Assembly (NCBI GenBank): GCA_022340665.1
Contig: JAJDNM010000029.1
Coordinates: forward strand, 15,627-79,626
Length of the DNA: 64,000 bases
Source: Acidobacteriota bacterium
Lineage (GTDB): Bacteria > Acidobacteriota > Thermoanaerobaculia > Thermoanaerobaculales > Sulfomarinibacteraceae
Reading direction: 5' to 3'
Numbering within the stretch: the first letter of the stretch is position 1; each line of letters begins with the position of its first letter. This document shows, one piece after another, positions 28,451 to 38,160 of the stretch. The notes beneath the pieces were generated by a model that searched no databases, was not told where the DNA came from, and saw nothing but the letters and a program-made list of their open reading frames with translations. The position numbers and the translations under genes are program-made.

Positions 28451-31400
28451 ATGCGCCTGACCGACATTCCTCTCGACCGCCCCGTCGCGACGTTGATGCT
28501 TCTCTTGAGCTTGACGGTCCTCGGTACGGTGTCGGTCTTCCTATTGCCCCTCGACTTCATGCCGGTGGTCAAGGAGCCCGAGATCGATATCCAGATTCCG
28601 TTCCCGGGATCCCACCCCCTCGAAGCACTGCGCGAGGTCGTGGAACCGATCGAGGAAGAGGTCGCGACTATCCCCGACGTCAAACGGATCCTGGCCAACA
28701 CCTCGGCCGGTCAGGTCTTCATGGAAGTCATGTTCGACTGGGGCGTCGACGTCGACATCAAGAAAATGGAAGTGCGCGAGGCCATCGACCGTGCCCGCCC
28801 CGAGCTGCCAGACACCATCGGCCATATTTCGATTCGCGGCGACACCGACGGCGGCTCGGCCCAGGTTCTGGCGGGACGCATCTCCGCCGAGCGTGATTTG
28901 TCGGAGTCATGGGACCTCCTCGACCGCCGCATCGGTCGGCCGTTGGAAAGGATCAAGGGTGTCGCTCGCGTCGAGCTGTACGGCGTCGAACAGCAACAGG
29001 TCCGGATCGACCTCGACCTCGACGCCCTCAGGCGGCATGGTATCGACGCGGGAAAAGTGCTCGATACGGTCAACGCAGCCAATCAGGATGTCGATGCAGG
29101 CGTGATTCGCGGCGACGTGGTTCGCTACGAGGTCCGTACGCTGACCCGATTCGAGTCGGCTGAGGAAATCGGCGCGTTGCGGGTTGGTGATGACGGTCTT
29201 CGCATCGCAGACGTGGCGATCGTCGAGTTGCGGGAGCCGCGCCTTGACTACGGGCGGCACCTGGACCGCTCGTTCGCGGTCGGCATCGATGTCTACAAGG
29301 AACCGAGCGCCAACACGATCGAAGTCGTCGACAAGGCTCTCGAGCGCATCGACGAGATCAAGAATGACCCTCAGCTCGAGGGAATCAATCTCCTGATCTG
29401 GGAGAACCAGGGCGACGCAATCCGAAACTCCCTGGAGGGCCTTCGCAATGCGGGAATCTACGGCGGGATTCTGGCAATAGCCGTCCTCCATTTCTTCCTG
29501 CGTCGTTTTCGCACAACGCTGATCGTCGCTACGGCGATCCCGTTTTCTCTGCTCGTGACATGCGGCGCGATGTACGCGCTCGGGGCCAACTTCAACGTGC
29601 TGACCCTGCTCGGGCTGATGCTTGGGGTTGGCATGCTGGTCGACAACGCCGTAGTGGTGATCGAAAACATCCACCGCTACGAAAGCATGGGCAAAGCCGC
29701 GCCCGTTGCGGCGCGGCTCGGCACGCGGCAGGTGGCGTTGGCGGTGGTCGCCTCCACCGCTACATCGATCTTTGTCTGGTCGTGGCTCTTCGTTTCCGAG
29801 CGCAACACCATGGTCATCATGATGGGCGAGGTGGCATTGACGATTTGCCTCGCGGTTGCCTGCTCGCTGTTCATCTCGCTCACGTTCATTCCGCTGGCCG
29901 CGGCCCGGTTCGCGCCAGCCGAGGAGCCGAAACCCGGCATCGTCGTCAGGAAGGTGGTGCCCGCCTATCGGCAAGTGCTCAACTGGACCCTCGATCACAG
30001 GGTGACCACGCTCGCGTGCCTCTTCGTGATCGCGGGCTCGGCCGTCTGGCCTCTGATGAAGATCGAGAAAACCGGAGACATGCCGGAGCAGAATCGCCAG
30101 GTATCGATTTTCCTTCAGGTCCACGATGACGTCTCCAAGGAGGTGTTGGAGGGCTATGTTGATCAAGTGGAGGAGTGGGTCTACAGCCGCGAAGAGGAGC
30201 TCGGTTTTGACAGTGTTTACTCGTGGTATACGGAACACGGTTTCTGCATGACCCGCGTCTACCTGCCCGAAGACACGGCCAATCCGGAGACAATCGAGCG
30301 CCTGCGAACACAGCTCCGTGACGGGATCCCCGAGATAGCTGGTGTCACTCTCGAGGTCGGCGATCGCGACAACTGGTGGCGTCATGGCGGTGGCGAGGAT
30401 CGCCGCATGGTTTCGGTGGCACTCCACGGAGACGACCCCGAGTTTCTCGAAGAACTCTCGATGAACGTCGAAGAGCGCATGCGGGGTCTTGACCACCTGG
30501 AGGAGATCTGGGGGCCGACCATGCGCGGCACCAAGGAACTGCGGCTCATCGTCAATGCCGACGCCGCGAACAGCCTCGAGGTCAGTCCCCGCAGCGTGGC
30601 CGACGCCGTAGGTTTCGCGTTTCGCGGCCGGCGTCTGAGGCGCCTTCAGGGACCCGACGGCGAGATCGAGATGATCCTCGGCCTCCCCGAAGAGGCGCAA
30701 CCTGGCATCGATGCGCTCGCCGACCTGCCGGTGCCCAGCCGATCCGGCGGCTACGTTCCGTTGAGCTCGGTCGCCGAGATCACGGTGGCCCGGACTCCGG
30801 AGCGGATCCGGCGAGAAAACCGTCAGACAACGCAATGGGTGACGGCGCAATTCGACAAGGACGCCGTGACGACCGAAGAGGCAAAGAAGTTGGTCGAAGA
30901 ACGGATGCAGGGTTTTGCCGTACCGGAAGGCTACTCGTGGGACTTCGGCCAGTGGGGACACGACCGCGACGAGGCCCTGGGTACCATGCTCCGCGGAGTG
31001 GTGCTGTCGTTGGTGGCCGTGATCCTTCTGATGGCCGCTCTATTCGAGTCCTTCACCCAGCCCTTCGCTATTCTGATTACCCTGTTGCTCGCATTTTTTG
31101 GCGCCTTCTGGAGCCTGTGGTTGGGAGGCTTCGACCTCAACCCGATCGCCTTTATGGGGATCATCATCCTGATTGGCATTGTGGTCAACAACGGTATCGT
31201 GCTCGTCGACCACGTCAACTCACTTCGATCCGCCGGCGTCGAACGGCGCCAGGCGCTTATCGAGGGCTGCGGAGATCGCCTTCGCCCGGTCATCATGACA
31301 GCCATCACCACCATTTTTGGCCTCATCCCGCTGGTGGTTTCACGAGCCACAGTCGCAGGTGCGTATATCGATTCGATAGCGGTCGTGGTCATCGGCGGGC

Positions 31401-31549
31401 TGGCGACGTCAACCGTCTTCACCCTGCTCGCTCTTCCAGTGTGGTACACCTCGCTCGAGGACATCGGCGCAGCGGTTCTCCGCGCGCTTCCGTTCAGGAG
31501 CGGCAACAGGAGTCCTGAAATTTCGCAGGACAGCGTCCTGTCGAGTTGA
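28451..31549 (+). CDS. RND efflux transporter permease 2 (paralogous second subunit)
   Basis: Start at ATG 28451 (MRLTDIPLDRPVATLMLLLSL). The ORF-track upstream extension lies over repeat-rich spacer and is rejected. ~1030 aa. Confidence 0.93.
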   Translation: MRLTDIPLDRPVATLMLLLSLTVLGTVSVFLLPLDFMPVVKEPEIDIQIPFPGSHPLEALREVVEPIEEEVATIPDVKRILANTSAGQVFMEVMFDWGVDVDIKKMEVREAIDRARPELPDTIGHISIRGDTDGGSAQVLAGRISAERDLSESWDLLDRRIGRPLERIKGVARVELYGVEQQQVRIDLDLDALRRHGIDAGKVLDTVNAANQDVDAGVIRGDVVRYEVRTLTRFESAEEIGALRVGDDGLRIADVAIVELREPRLDYGRHLDRSFAVGIDVYKEPSANTIEVVDKALERIDEIKNDPQLEGINLLIWENQGDAIRNSLEGLRNAGIYGGILAIAVLHFFLRRFRTTLIVATAIPFSLLVTCGAMYALGANFNVLTLLGLMLGVGMLVDNAVVVIENIHRYESMGKAAPVAARLGTRQVALAVVASTATSIFVWSWLFVSERNTMVIMMGEVALTICLAVACSLFISLTFIPLAAARFAPAEEPKPGIVVRKVVPAYRQVLNWTLDHRVTTLACLFVIAGSAVWPLMKIEKTGDMPEQNRQVSIFLQVHDDVSKEVLEGYVDQVEEWVYSREEELGFDSVYSWYTEHGFCMTRVYLPEDTANPETIERLRTQLRDGIPEIAGVTLEVGDRDNWWRHGGGEDRRMVSVALHGDDPEFLEELSMNVEERMRGLDHLEEIWGPTMRGTKELRLIVNADAANSLEVSPRSVADAVGFAFRGRRLRRLQGPDGEIEMILGLPEEAQPGIDALADLPVPSRSGGYVPLSSVAEITVARTPERIRRENRQTTQWVTAQFDKDAVTTEEAKKLVEERMQGFAVPEGYSWDFGQWGHDRDEALGTMLRGVVLSLVAVILLMAALFESFTQPFAILITLLLAFFGAFWSLWLGGFDLNPIAFMGIIILIGIVVNNGIVLVDHVNSLRSAGVERRQALIEGCGDRLRPVIMTAITTIFGLIPLVVSRATVAGAYIDSIAVVVIGGLATSTVFTLLALPVWYTSLEDIGAAVLRALPFRSGNRSPEISQDSVLSS

Positions 31550-31553
31550 TCGA

Positions 31554-31646
31554 TCAGATCAACACCACCGCCGCCAGAATGATCAGCAGGATCACTCCCG
31601 CATAGACCGTCTGCCGGCGATGTTCCGGCGGAATTTCGACGAGCAT
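31554..31646 (-). CDS. putative 30-aa single-TM micropeptide immediately downstream of SPFH gene (MLVEIPPEHRRQTVYAGVILLIILAAVVLI)
   Basis: ATG 1 nt after the SPFH stop (TGAcATG), hydrophobic C-terminal helix. Absent from the ORF track because it is under 60 aa. Confidence 0.3.
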   Translation of the reverse strand: MLVEIPPEHRRQTVYAGVILLIILAAVVLI

Positions 31647-31647
31647 G

Positions 31648-32772
31648 TCACACCTCCCCGGAATCACCTTCGGACTCCAACGAAGTCGGTGCTTCGTCGC
31701 TCATCCGGTCTCCGCTTTCCAGAATTCGGTCGAACGCTGTCAATCCTCCCATCGCTCCGAGGCCCATGGTCTCGACCGCGGTCGACGGAACAATGATCAT
31801 CGAACCCTTCTTCTTGAGGCCCTCGAACACCATATTCATCGCCCGCAGATGCAGCGCCGCCTGGTTGCGCCTGTAGTGCTCTGACGCCCTCTCGAAGCTC
31901 TCGGCGATCTCCTCTTCGGCCTTCGAGAGAATGATCCGCGATTGCCGCTCGCGCTCGGCCTGCGCCTGCCGGCTCATGGCGTCCTCGAGCTCCTTTGGAA
32001 TGATGATGTCGCGGATTTCCACCGATTGGACGGTGATGCCCCAGGCATTGGTCTTTGCGTCAAGCACCTGTTGGATCTCCTTACCCAGCCGGTCGCGGTG
32101 GGAGAGCATGTCACCGAGCTCGTGCCGGCCAATGGCGTCACGGAGGCCCGTTTGAGCTGAGAGTGTGACCGCGCTTTCAAAATCTTCCACCTCGAGGACC
32201 GCCTTTTGCGCGTCCCAAACCATCCAAAATGCGATCGCGTCCACGTTGACCGGCACCGTATCCCTGGTCAGGGTCGTTTCGGCCTTGAAGTCGGTAACGC
32301 GGATCCGCTGGTCAACGTAGTTCGCGACCTTGTCGATCACCGGGAAGATCAAAAAGAGGCCCGATCCCTTGAGACCCCGGAATCGACCGAATCGCAGGAC
32401 CACCGCCTTCTCCCACTGATATGCCATCTGAATGCACGGGCTCACCAGGCCGGCGACAACCACCGAGGTGACCAGGATCCACGCGTCAGGGCGGTGCTGG
32501 AGATAGACGTAGAGTGCCGCCCCCGTGGTGGCAATGACGACCGACTCCCAGACCTGGAAAAGGCGAAAAACCGTGGCGAGAACGATCGCCACGCCGATCA
32601 TCGATATCACCGCCTCGAGGCTGAACGGCACTACCGCCAAATGGACGACAAGTCCCAGAAAACACAGCACGACGAGAATCATGATGTTGAGAGGAGCAAA
32701 CCTGAAATCGGCCCGGAACGAGGTTGCGAACCGCTCGAGTACGTCGAGCTTCATCTGGCCCATCTTATGCAT
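31648..32772 (-). CDS. SPFH/Band 7 (stomatin/prohibitin-like) membrane protein
   Basis: N-terminal TM region then SPFH core (VVLRFGRF...TRDTVPVNVDAIAFW...) and a coiled-coil with an acidic C-terminus. Confidence 0.88.
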   Translation of the reverse strand: MHKMGQMKLDVLERFATSFRADFRFAPLNIMILVVLCFLGLVVHLAVVPFSLEAVISMIGVAIVLATVFRLFQVWESVVIATTGAALYVYLQHRPDAWILVTSVVVAGLVSPCIQMAYQWEKAVVLRFGRFRGLKGSGLFLIFPVIDKVANYVDQRIRVTDFKAETTLTRDTVPVNVDAIAFWMVWDAQKAVLEVEDFESAVTLSAQTGLRDAIGRHELGDMLSHRDRLGKEIQQVLDAKTNAWGITVQSVEIRDIIIPKELEDAMSRQAQAERERQSRIILSKAEEEIAESFERASEHYRRNQAALHLRAMNMVFEGLKKKGSMIIVPSTAVETMGLGAMGGLTAFDRILESGDRMSDEAPTSLESEGDSGEV

Positions 32773-32787
32773 AGTCGCCTCCCTTTC

Positions 32788-33165
32788 TCAGCGCTTCCGG
32801 CGCTGCTCGAGGTTGTGAAGAACGTCATCGAGGTTGAAGCCGTGGGTCGAGGCCCGCGACAGGAATTCCTGGCAGAGCTGGTCGAGCACCCTCCGTCGTT
32901 CGAGGTCGTTCTGTTCGACCGGCCGGTTCCCCACGTAGGTACCGGACCCCATCTGTGTTTCCACCAGACCGGTGAGCTCGAGCTCCGTATACGCTCGACT
33001 GACCGTGTTCGGATTGATTGAGAGGTCGACGGCGAGCTGACGGACGGTCGGCAACCGGTCTCCGGCGGCAATCGTCTCGGTTGCGATCGCAGCCTTCACC
33101 TGATCGATGATCTGGCGGTAGAAAGGAACGCCGCTCTTGACGTCGAGTTGAATCTGGAGAGTCAA
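32788..33165 (-). CDS. GntR-family transcriptional regulator, short YtrA-like subtype
   Basis: 125 aa. HTH motif GDRLPTVRQLAVDLSINPNTVSRAYTELELTGLVETQMGSGTYV. Lies upstream of the SPFH gene. Confidence 0.88.
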   Translation of the reverse strand: MTLQIQLDVKSGVPFYRQIIDQVKAAIATETIAAGDRLPTVRQLAVDLSINPNTVSRAYTELELTGLVETQMGSGTYVGNRPVEQNDLERRRVLDQLCQEFLSRASTHGFNLDDVLHNLEQRRKR

Positions 33166-33184
33166 TCGCTGCTCCTTTGCACTA

Positions 33185-33214
33185 GTGTCCTAGTGAATTA
33201 TTGTCATAGGATAC
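33185..33214. promoter_or_regulatory. candidate GntR/YtrA operator: imperfect palindrome GTCCTAGTGAATTATTGTCATAGGATAC in an AT-rich divergent promoter
   Basis: TCCTAgTGA-N7-TCAtAGGA inverted repeat ~20 bp upstream of the regulator start. The region is unusually AT-rich for this genome. Confidence 0.4.
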
Positions 33215-33311
33215 TAATACATTCTGATGCGCACTTTGTCAAGAGATCCGCCCGTCGATTGTCAGAAAGAAGTGGTCGTACAATGGCCTCGCGGCAATAT
33301 CGATCGCCCCG

Positions 33312-35138
33312 GTGACCATGATCGACAGTGGTGCCGGAGCAACAAACAGAAAGTTGATACCAAGGTTGAAATCGTCAGGGGTACGACAAACCTGGATGCT
33401 CGTCGCCGTAGCCATGGCAGGCGTGGCCGCGGTGCCAATGGTCACGTCCGCCCGTACAATCAATCGCCTACCGCCGGAACTCTGCGCAATCGAAGAACGG
33501 TCGGACCTCGGAATGGTAGCTACTGGCTCGCCCGAGGCCACCCGGGCCGCGGTCGACGTCCTCGAGCGGGGAGGCAACGCGATCGACGCGGCGGTTGCAG
33601 CGGCTCTGGTGCTGGGCGTCGTCGATTTCGACGCCTCCGGCATCGCCGGCGCAACCAACATGCTGGTCCACCTGGCGAGTGGCCGCACCCTTGCGGTCGA
33701 TGGGACCTCGAAGGCGCCCCTGAAAATTGACATCGAGAGATTCAGGAGGTTCAAAGCGAGCGGGCGAACATACGGTTACGAGGCCATCGCCGTCCCGACC
33801 ACACTCGCGTCGCTCGAGTACGCAAGGGAAAGATTCGGCACCATGCCGATGGCCACCCTCCTCGAGCCCGCCATCCAAGCCGCAGAGCACGGTTATCCGC
33901 TGACCGATATCCAGGTCATGTGGACGAAGAAGTACTACGACAACATCATGGATTCGCCGCCCTATGTGCGCTACCTCACAATGGAGGATGGACGCACGAT
34001 TGGTGAGCGCGGAGATCGGCACTGCCGCCCGGATCTCGCCGCAACCCTTCGTGCCATAGCGGAGGAAGGCGTCCGCAGCTTCTACTTCGGGAATATCGCC
34101 CAGAGAATCGAGGAAGACATGATTCGTGGGGGCGGTTTCCTCCGTCGATCGGATCTGGCGACCGTCCGCATCCGCGAGGTGCAGCCACTTCACACGACCT
34201 ACCGGGGCTTCGACGTCTACACCTTTCCGCCACCGGGCGGAGGTGCAGGTGTGGTGACCGCTCTCAACCTGCTCGAAACGTATCCGAGCGAATTCCTGGC
34301 CGCGGACTCGGTCGAGAGGCTCCACGTCATGATCGAGTCGTTTCGGATTGCCGCGGCCGACTCCCGAGTGGCCGCGAATCTCAGGAACCATTTTGGCCCC
34401 CACCCCTTGAGCAAGAGATACGCTCGCGAACGCGTCAAGCTGATCACCCCGGCGCGAATGATCCCCGCGGAGTCGCTGGCGACCCCGATCCCTCCGGAAT
34501 GTGACCAGCCCGGTGAGAGCACCACCCAGGTTTCGGTTGCCGACCAATGGGGCAACATCGTATCCCTCACCCAGACTCTCAGCCGCTCATTCGGCGCGAA
34601 AATCGCTACGCCTGGTCTCGGTTTTCCCTACAACAGCTTTCTCGAAAACTACAACGCCGACAAACCGCAGTGCCCGGGCTATCTGCAGCCCAACAGCCCG
34701 TGCACGACTGACATGGCGCCGACCATCGTTTTGCATGATGGGGTGCTGGTCGCCGCCCTCGGCACACCCGGGAGCAACAGGATTTCCACCGTGGTCAGCG
34801 CAGTCATCAGCAATGTTGTCGACCGCGGCATGGGGATACGCGACGCGGTATGTGCTCCCAGGGTTTTGTGGGGAGGTATGTCCCGCAGGCGGGCATTTGT
34901 CGAGGTTGCCGGCCGGGTTTCCGAGCAGGATGTCGATGACCTCGAACAAATCGGGTACGAAGCGATGACCGTGCTTCGCTTTCCACCGCCCGACGACGAC
35001 ACAATGGCCAAATTCGGTGGCGTCAATGCTGTCGGTTATGACCCTCAGACCTTGAGCTTCACCGGCGTCGGAGATCCCCGACGCAACGGTTTTGCACTCG
35101 GGCCACGGGTCGTGGCAGGACAGGGCGTCCCCCACTGA
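33312..35138 (+). CDS. gamma-glutamyltranspeptidase (GGT, Ntn-hydrolase) 1
   Basis: GGNAIDAAVAAALVLGVVD, GESTTQVSVADQWGNIVSLTQTL (Thr nucleophile) and GLGFPYNS. The likely real start is an internal ATG 33396 with signal peptide MLVAVAMAGVAAVPMVTSA. Confidence 0.9.
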   Translation: MTMIDSGAGATNRKLIPRLKSSGVRQTWMLVAVAMAGVAAVPMVTSARTINRLPPELCAIEERSDLGMVATGSPEATRAAVDVLERGGNAIDAAVAAALVLGVVDFDASGIAGATNMLVHLASGRTLAVDGTSKAPLKIDIERFRRFKASGRTYGYEAIAVPTTLASLEYARERFGTMPMATLLEPAIQAAEHGYPLTDIQVMWTKKYYDNIMDSPPYVRYLTMEDGRTIGERGDRHCRPDLAATLRAIAEEGVRSFYFGNIAQRIEEDMIRGGGFLRRSDLATVRIREVQPLHTTYRGFDVYTFPPPGGGAGVVTALNLLETYPSEFLAADSVERLHVMIESFRIAAADSRVAANLRNHFGPHPLSKRYARERVKLITPARMIPAESLATPIPPECDQPGESTTQVSVADQWGNIVSLTQTLSRSFGAKIATPGLGFPYNSFLENYNADKPQCPGYLQPNSPCTTDMAPTIVLHDGVLVAALGTPGSNRISTVVSAVISNVVDRGMGIRDAVCAPRVLWGGMSRRRAFVEVAGRVSEQDVDDLEQIGYEAMTVLRFPPPDDDTMAKFGGVNAVGYDPQTLSFTGVGDPRRNGFALGPRVVAGQGVPH

Positions 35139-35172
35139 CACGACACCCTCAGTGTGGAACAATGAGCACCCG

Positions 35173-36963
35173 ATGATTCGCGCAGTTCGTGCATCCGTAA
35201 AGGCAGCCAACCTCCTCGCCCGTGGCGCCCTTGCCCTGACCGTTGGGTTACCGATCGGGGGTTGCGCTCACGGCGGTCGAAGTGACGACTCCTCGGTCGT
35301 CGCGCCCCTCTACGCCCCCGAGGCCCATTCGGACCTAGGCATGGTATCCACCGGGTCGATTGAAGCGACCCAAGCGGGCGTCACAATTCTCGAGTCCGGG
35401 GGCAACGCGATCGATGCCGCGGTGGCGGCGGCTCTCGCTCTCGGGGTCGCAGATCCGGGTGGATCCGGGCTTGGCGGAATGACCTATATCCTGATCTCGT
35501 TCGCCGACGGCCGGTCGATCGCAGTAGATGGCTCGGCCATCGTGCCCGTTGGAGCCGACCGCAAAGCGCTGGCAGAAATTCAGGCTTCCGAGGAACGATT
35601 CGGCGCCAGGGCAGTGGCAGTTCCAATGGCTCTCGCTGCCATGAGCCACGCTCTCGAGCGGCACGGCACCATGAGCTTTGCACGGGTGGCTGCGCCCGCA
35701 ATCAAGATTGCTGTGAATGGATATCGCCTCAGCCCCAATTCTATCTCGTGGGCCAACAGCTATCTCGACGACATCATGGCCTCTCGCTACCTCAGATTCG
35801 TCGCACTTGACGCCGGGGAACGAGTGGGCACACCGGGCGATCTGGTCTGCCGTCCCGATCTTGTCACCACCCTGAGAGTGCTTGCTGCAGAGGGCCCAGA
35901 CTCCTTCTATCGCGGCAGCATCGCACGGAGCATGCTGATTGATCTCTCGAGCCTCGGCGGATACCTCCGTCCGATCGATCTCGTGTCGACCAAGGCGGCA
36001 GAGCTGCAGCCGCTATCCTCGGAGTATCGCGGCGCGGAAGTCTTGTCCTACCCGTGGCCCGGAGGCGGCGGCGAGGTCGTGGCGATGCTCAACATCATTG
36101 AACAACTAGAATTCGATCTGCTACGCACGCCGTCGGTCGAACGCCTGCACGTAATGATCGAGGCCTCTCGGCTGGCCCGCGCCGATTTCCTGAGGTCCGC
36201 CTCCGGCCCAGCGCAACACGCTTCCAGCCTTGCCGGCCAGCTCTCCAAAGCCTACGCGAGGGAACGCGCCAGCCTGATCACTCCCGGCCGGGCACTCCCT
36301 GAGGATCTCGTTCAATCTTCCGGTTCCGCGGCCAGGATGGGCAACCACACCACCCACATCTCGGTCGCGGATCGCTGGGGTAACGCGGTCGCCATGACTC
36401 AGACCCTGTGCCGCCAGTACGGTGCGAAAGTCGCAACTCCAGGCCTCGGGTTCCCATACAACAGCTGCCTCGAGTTCTTCGATTTCGAGAATGAGGCCAG
36501 CCCCATCTATCTGCGCCCGCGGGCGCTCTACGCGTCCAACATGGCACCGACCATCGTTCGCCACGAGGGAACACTGCTGATTCTCGGCAGCGCCGGATCC
36601 GACCGTATCCCCGGTTCGGTCGTCGAGGTTATCAGCAACGTGTTCGACCGACAGATGGGAATCCGGGACGCCGTCACGGCTCCACGCGCACTGTGGAACA
36701 GTGCTCACGAACCGGACCGGATCTGTATTGAGATCGCGGACCCGATCTCCCATGCCGACGCCGACGAGCTCCAGAGCTTCGGCTTCGAACACATGTTCCG
36801 CCTCGATTACCTGGCCGGTCCCGTCAACGATGCCCCGTTTTTCGGCGGTGTCAACGCAGTACTCTACCAACCCGCGACCGGAAAATATTCTGGTGTCGGC
36901 GATCCCCGGCGCAACGGGTTCGCGCTCGGTCCGAGAGCGATCGTGCAGCGGGAGGGGCATTGA
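35173..36963 (+). CDS. gamma-glutamyltranspeptidase (GGT) 2, lipoprotein paralog
   Basis: NHTTHISVADRWGNAVAMTQTL and GLGFPYNS. Signal with lipobox PIGGC. Start at ATG 35173 (the ORF-track start 35092 overlaps GGT1). Confidence 0.9.
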   Translation: MIRAVRASVKAANLLARGALALTVGLPIGGCAHGGRSDDSSVVAPLYAPEAHSDLGMVSTGSIEATQAGVTILESGGNAIDAAVAAALALGVADPGGSGLGGMTYILISFADGRSIAVDGSAIVPVGADRKALAEIQASEERFGARAVAVPMALAAMSHALERHGTMSFARVAAPAIKIAVNGYRLSPNSISWANSYLDDIMASRYLRFVALDAGERVGTPGDLVCRPDLVTTLRVLAAEGPDSFYRGSIARSMLIDLSSLGGYLRPIDLVSTKAAELQPLSSEYRGAEVLSYPWPGGGGEVVAMLNIIEQLEFDLLRTPSVERLHVMIEASRLARADFLRSASGPAQHASSLAGQLSKAYARERASLITPGRALPEDLVQSSGSAARMGNHTTHISVADRWGNAVAMTQTLCRQYGAKVATPGLGFPYNSCLEFFDFENEASPIYLRPRALYASNMAPTIVRHEGTLLILGSAGSDRIPGSVVEVISNVFDRQMGIRDAVTAPRALWNSAHEPDRICIEIADPISHADADELQSFGFEHMFRLDYLAGPVNDAPFFGGVNAVLYQPATGKYSGVGDPRRNGFALGPRAIVQREGH

Positions 36964-38141
36964 TGACGCTTCGTGTGTACCTCGAAGACCCGTATCTTAC
37001 CGAGCTCGAGGCTGAGGTCGTGAAAGCCGATGCCCAGGATGGTCGTCCCTACACCGTGCTGTCGGAAACGATCTTCTACCCGGAGGGCGGCGGGCAACCG
37101 GCGGACCGCGGGCACCTCGGAAGTGCCAAGGTCCTCGACGTCCAGACCTGTGACGGTGAAATCCGCCACTTCCTCGACAAACCGGTCGAACCCGGACCGG
37201 TGCGGATCGAAATCGAATGGCGGCGCCGGTGGGACCATATGCAACAGCACACGGCTCAGCACGTGCTGACCGCTGTCGCCCTTCGAGATTTCGGCTGGCG
37301 CACCACCGCGTTTCACCTCGGAGCCGAAACAAGCGACATCGAACTTGATGTACCGGACCTCACACGGCAGAATCTCAGAGACCTGGAAGAAAAAGTCGCC
37401 GAGGAGATCAGGGCTGCCCGTCGCGTGACATACGGCAGTGCCGAGGCGGCAGATTTCGAGCGTCTTGGAGTGAGATCGCGGCTTCTACCGGAGGGACTCT
37501 CGGGAAAGGTTCGTCTGGTGGATATCGAGGGTCTCGACCTCAACACCTGCGGTGGCACCCACTGCCGATCGACCGCCGAGATCGGCTCGCTCAGCCTGCT
37601 CGGGACCGAACCGATGCGAGGCGGCACGCGGGTTTTCTTCGTTGCCGGCGACCGTGTGCGTCGACGCTTGACCGCGCACGAGAATCGCAACCTGCGCCTG
37701 AGGACACTGCTCGACACGGGAGACGAAGAGCTGCCCGATGTCGTTCAGCTCCGGCTCGAACGCGAGAAGGCCCTGGCTCGCACAAATCGCCGACTCTCCG
37801 CCGCGCTCGCGGATTCCACTGCCCAAAGCCTGTGTTTGAAATCGTCGGCAACGGTTGATGCCCACTGGTCGGAACGCGACATGGCCTTTCTGCAATCGGT
37901 GGCACGCGCCGTCGCCGAAAAGGCACCAGAGAAACGTGTTCTTCTCACCTCGGAGACCGAAGACGGCGTGTTGTTCGTCGTCGCAACAGGCGCAGAGTCC
38001 GGGCTGCAGGCCGAAGGCGCTGGGCCGGCAGTCGCAGAGGCCCTCGGCGGCCACGGCGGTGGCCGAGGTTCCATCTTCCAGGGCAAGGCAAAATCGCTCG
38101 CGCAACGGGAACGGGCTCTGAAGATCCTCCGCGAAGCGTAG
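36960..38141 (+). CDS. AlaX-L type alanyl-tRNA editing protein (Ser-tRNA(Ala) deacylase; tRNA_SAD + DHHA1)
   Basis: HTAQHVLTAV (HxxxH) and CGGTHC zinc motifs, with a C-terminal DHHA1-like GGHGGGRGSIFQG. ATGA overlap with GGT2. Confidence 0.85.
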   Translation: MMTLRVYLEDPYLTELEAEVVKADAQDGRPYTVLSETIFYPEGGGQPADRGHLGSAKVLDVQTCDGEIRHFLDKPVEPGPVRIEIEWRRRWDHMQQHTAQHVLTAVALRDFGWRTTAFHLGAETSDIELDVPDLTRQNLRDLEEKVAEEIRAARRVTYGSAEAADFERLGVRSRLLPEGLSGKVRLVDIEGLDLNTCGGTHCRSTAEIGSLSLLGTEPMRGGTRVFFVAGDRVRRRLTAHENRNLRLRTLLDTGDEELPDVVQLRLEREKALARTNRRLSAALADSTAQSLCLKSSATVDAHWSERDMAFLQSVARAVAEKAPEKRVLLTSETEDGVLFVVATGAESGLQAEGAGPAVAEALGGHGGGRGSIFQGKAKSLAQRERALKILREA

Positions 38142-38160
38142 ACACCCGAAAAACCACGGA

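Noticed and set aside
28907-30961. 684-aa minus-strand ORF (and 25306-26310 minus, 334 aa)
   Set aside because: Antisense to the RND permease genes. Translation is low-complexity with no family resemblance.
33468-34547. 359-aa minus-strand ORF (and 36121-36960 minus)
   Set aside because: Antisense to the two GGT genes.
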